Assembly (NCBI GenBank): GCA_964016885.1
Contig: OZ024754.1
Coordinates: 186,001 to 250,000 of the forward strand
Direction: 5' to 3'
Source: Eledone cirrhosa
Taxonomy: Eukaryota
DNA: 64,000 nt
The notes under the pieces were generated by a model that saw only the letters and a list, made by a program, of their open reading frames with translations, ran no database searches and was not told the origin of the DNA. Shown here in pieces: positions 61,006 to 64,000 of this stretch (its first letter is position 1; every line of letters starts with the position of its first letter). Position numbers and translations under genes: made by a program.

Positions 61006-61265
61006 TGGGATATTGTCGATTGATTAGTTTTATAATCAGCTAATTCTTAGGAAATATATCTAAAGGATATTAAATATATATTCGAATCCTGTAGCTTTAT
61101 ATTGCTGCACTCTTTTGTTTTGTTTCCACTTATGTATTTTTTTTGCTGGCCTTGTGCCTAAAATAAAAACAATTATTTATTCATTATAAAAATTAAATGA
61201 TAGAATTCGATATGTAGGTGGGCCCCCTTCATCTGGCAACCAATATTTTTAGACCTAGTCCGCCA

Positions 61266-61300
<35 letters not shown>

Positions 61301-61302
<2 letters not shown>

Positions 61303-61975
61303 GCCAATCATTGTAAGTTTGAATCTAACTGACATACCTTATTCCTATTTATATGTTTTTGTAAGCCCGAATCATAGTAGATTAAAATATCACAGATAGA
61401 AAGAGAGAGAGGGAGAGAAATGGGGGGGTGGGGGCGGCGACAGAAATGAAACATGGATTACAGGTTAAAATATAGTCTAGATAGATGTGAAACAAAACGA
61501 GGATGTAGTTTATGGAACACCCAAATGATTTAGAAGTCGACCTTAAGTAGGAGCAATAACATTAAGAAAGACATGAACGACACCACAACACTTTGCTTTG
61601 AGAATTTTGAAAATAGGTTTATAAGTATGAATTTTCATAAGATCTTCGTAGTTGTCTCTGTGGCCTAGAGGTAGGAACTAGAGATGGTGGAGATCATGAT
61701 CATGGGTTCAATCCTGGTCAAGAGGTACACGTAACCTTTTTCAGTTTTTATTTTACAACCAATAGAAAGAAAACTGAAAAGGTTTACCGGGAACCCCTAC
61801 CCCCGACCAGGAGCACCACCGTCTATGATTCCTCCAACTAGGCCACTGATACACCTACAAAAGTATAATGAAAATTGATAATTATAAACCTACTTTCAAA
61901 ATCAAAGTTAAAAAGATGTGGTGTCGTTCATGGCTTTCCTGGAGCTATTAGTAATAATTAAGGTCGACTTCTGGT
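61301..61975 (+). mobile_element. Foldback repeat family F with two convergent tRNA-like heads, copy 2
   Basis: Inverted arms 61530-61750 and 61770-61975; box A TGGCCTAG on each strand; box B GGTTCAATCC on the + head. Confidence 0.75.
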
Positions 61976-62011
61976 TATTATTGAAAGTCTCTGGATTACG
62001 CATTTAATTTA

Positions 62012-62201
62012 AGGGCGGTGGATTGGCAGTATCTGTAGAGGGTCGGACGCCATGCTTTGACGCATAGTTACGTCCCTTTACGATCTGAGTTCAAATCCTG
62101 CCGAGGTTAACTTTGCCTTTCATCCTTACGGGGTCGATAAAATAAAGTACCAGTAATACACTGTAATTGCTGGCCTTGTGACAAAAGTAGAAACAATTAT
62201 T
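62012..62201 (+). mobile_element. SINE family A, full length
   Basis: Near-identical to 43091-43283. Confidence 0.92.
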
Positions 62202-62972
62202 TTATCAAAGCTCCACAGCTGAAATACAAAGTAGCCCTCAGCCGGATTTGAACACAAAACACACACAACTCGGACGACCATGACGATGACGATGATGATG
62301 ATGTCGGTGATGATGATGATGATGATGAAGGTGGCGGCGGTGCTGATGTTGACGATGGTGATGATGATGATGATGATGATGTTGTTGGCGCTGCTGATGA
62401 TCACGGTGGCTGTGTTGAATTAGGAAGTTTCTGTGAATGACGTTGAAAAGAAACAAGGTGAGGTTGAGGAGGAGGAGAAGGAGGGAAGGTGGTGAAGGAG
62501 GAGGAGAGAAGATGAAGAAGGAGGAGGGGGATGTGTGGAAAGGAAGGAGCAGGGGGAATATAGTTTGTCCAATTGTGAAATATTGAGAGGTGAGGTCAAC
62601 AACCGAACAACACAGATCGACGTCGGTGACTTCTTTTGATGTAAACAAATCGAACAAAGAAGGAATGTGACAAAATAATTGATACATGCACAAATATATT
62701 CATATAGGCGTATATAATATACGTGTGTATATATATGAATATATATATATATTCATATATTCGTGTATAATATACGTGTATAATATACGTGTGTATATAT
62801 ATGAATATATATATATATATATTCATATATGCGTGTATGATATACGTGTGTATATATATGTATATATATATATATATATACATGTATATTTGTGTGTGTA
62901 TATATATATATGTATATATATATATACATGTATATTTGTGTGTGTATATATATATATACATGTATATTTGTG

Positions 62973-63008
<36 letters not shown>

Positions 63009-63062
63009 CATGTATATTTGTGTGTGTATATATATATATGTATATATATATACATGTATATT

Positions 63063-63105
<43 letters not shown>

Positions 63106-63674
63106 ATATATATATATATATATGTATATTTGTGTGTGTGTATATATATACATATATGTATATATATATATATATATATATGACTTGATTTTTTATTTCA
63201 TTGTTTTAACTTATATATATGTATATATATATGTATATATACTGTATATATACATATACATATATGTATATACACACACATAGGTATGTATACGTGTGTA
63301 ATGTGTATTGCTATGAGTTTGTGAATATGTATGTATGTAAGTATGTATGTATATATATATGTGTATAATAGAAAATATGATTATCGTTGAGAGCAATGAA
63401 TTACAATAAGTTATATCTGTTTTCTCTGTTTTTCAACAGCAACTCACCTTGTTTACCTGATGATCTGCTGTCAAATACAGTCAAATAACAGGTAAACAGC
63501 GAATACAATATTTTAATTGTCTTCTCACATTTTCTCCCCCCTCCCCCCCCCCCTCTCCGTTTTTTCTCTTCTCTCTTCTCTCTTCTCTCAATATTGTTTA
63601 AATCACTCTATCGTGTCTTCCTGCTAATTGAGGACATTAAATAGTAGTTTTCAGAGATAATTCATTATACCTAA

Positions 63675-63777
<103 letters not shown>

Positions 63778-63801
63778 ATATACTTATACATATATATATA
63801 C

Positions 63802-63854
<53 letters not shown>

Positions 63855-63890
63855 GTATGTATGTATATATATATATATATATAAGTTATG

Positions 63891-63948
<58 letters not shown>

Positions 63949-63959
63949 TACATATAATA

Positions 63960-63993
<34 letters not shown>

Positions 63994-64000
63994 ATAGTAT

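Noticed and set aside
61255-61268. hAT-like TIR (CTAGTCCGCCACTG)
   Set aside because: No partner TIR or TSD found.

Overview
Eukaryotic, AT-rich, repeat-saturated DNA. The SINE families and extreme (TA)n/(CA)n/(GGT)n density resemble an octopus (coleoid cephalopod) genome; this is recognition from memory, not a search result. No host gene can be called with confidence, and almost all listed ORFs are microsatellite translations. Real coding remnants are all retroelement pseudogenes: a Tx1/L1-type LINE ORF2 (9.35-11.9 kb), a Penelope-like element (PLE) GIY-YIG end (22.6-23.1 kb), a CR1-type LINE 3' end (51.3-52.1 kb) and RTE-like pieces (0.85, 26.2, 39.1 kb). The main hidden signal is a set of small PLE-type insertions in (TA)n tracts carrying minimal type I hammerhead ribozyme motifs (about ten intact or near-intact, several sequence families, visible stem covariation). 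They share a 'long end - inversion - short end' architecture, and one family always folds back at hammerhead stem II, giving palindromes up to 122 bp. A second unusual repeat, in two copies, is a foldback element with two convergent tRNA-like heads. Also present: many tRNA-SINEs, a Helitron 3' end, 27-, 40- and 48-bp minisatellites and short unique islands with CRE/AP-1/E-box motifs.
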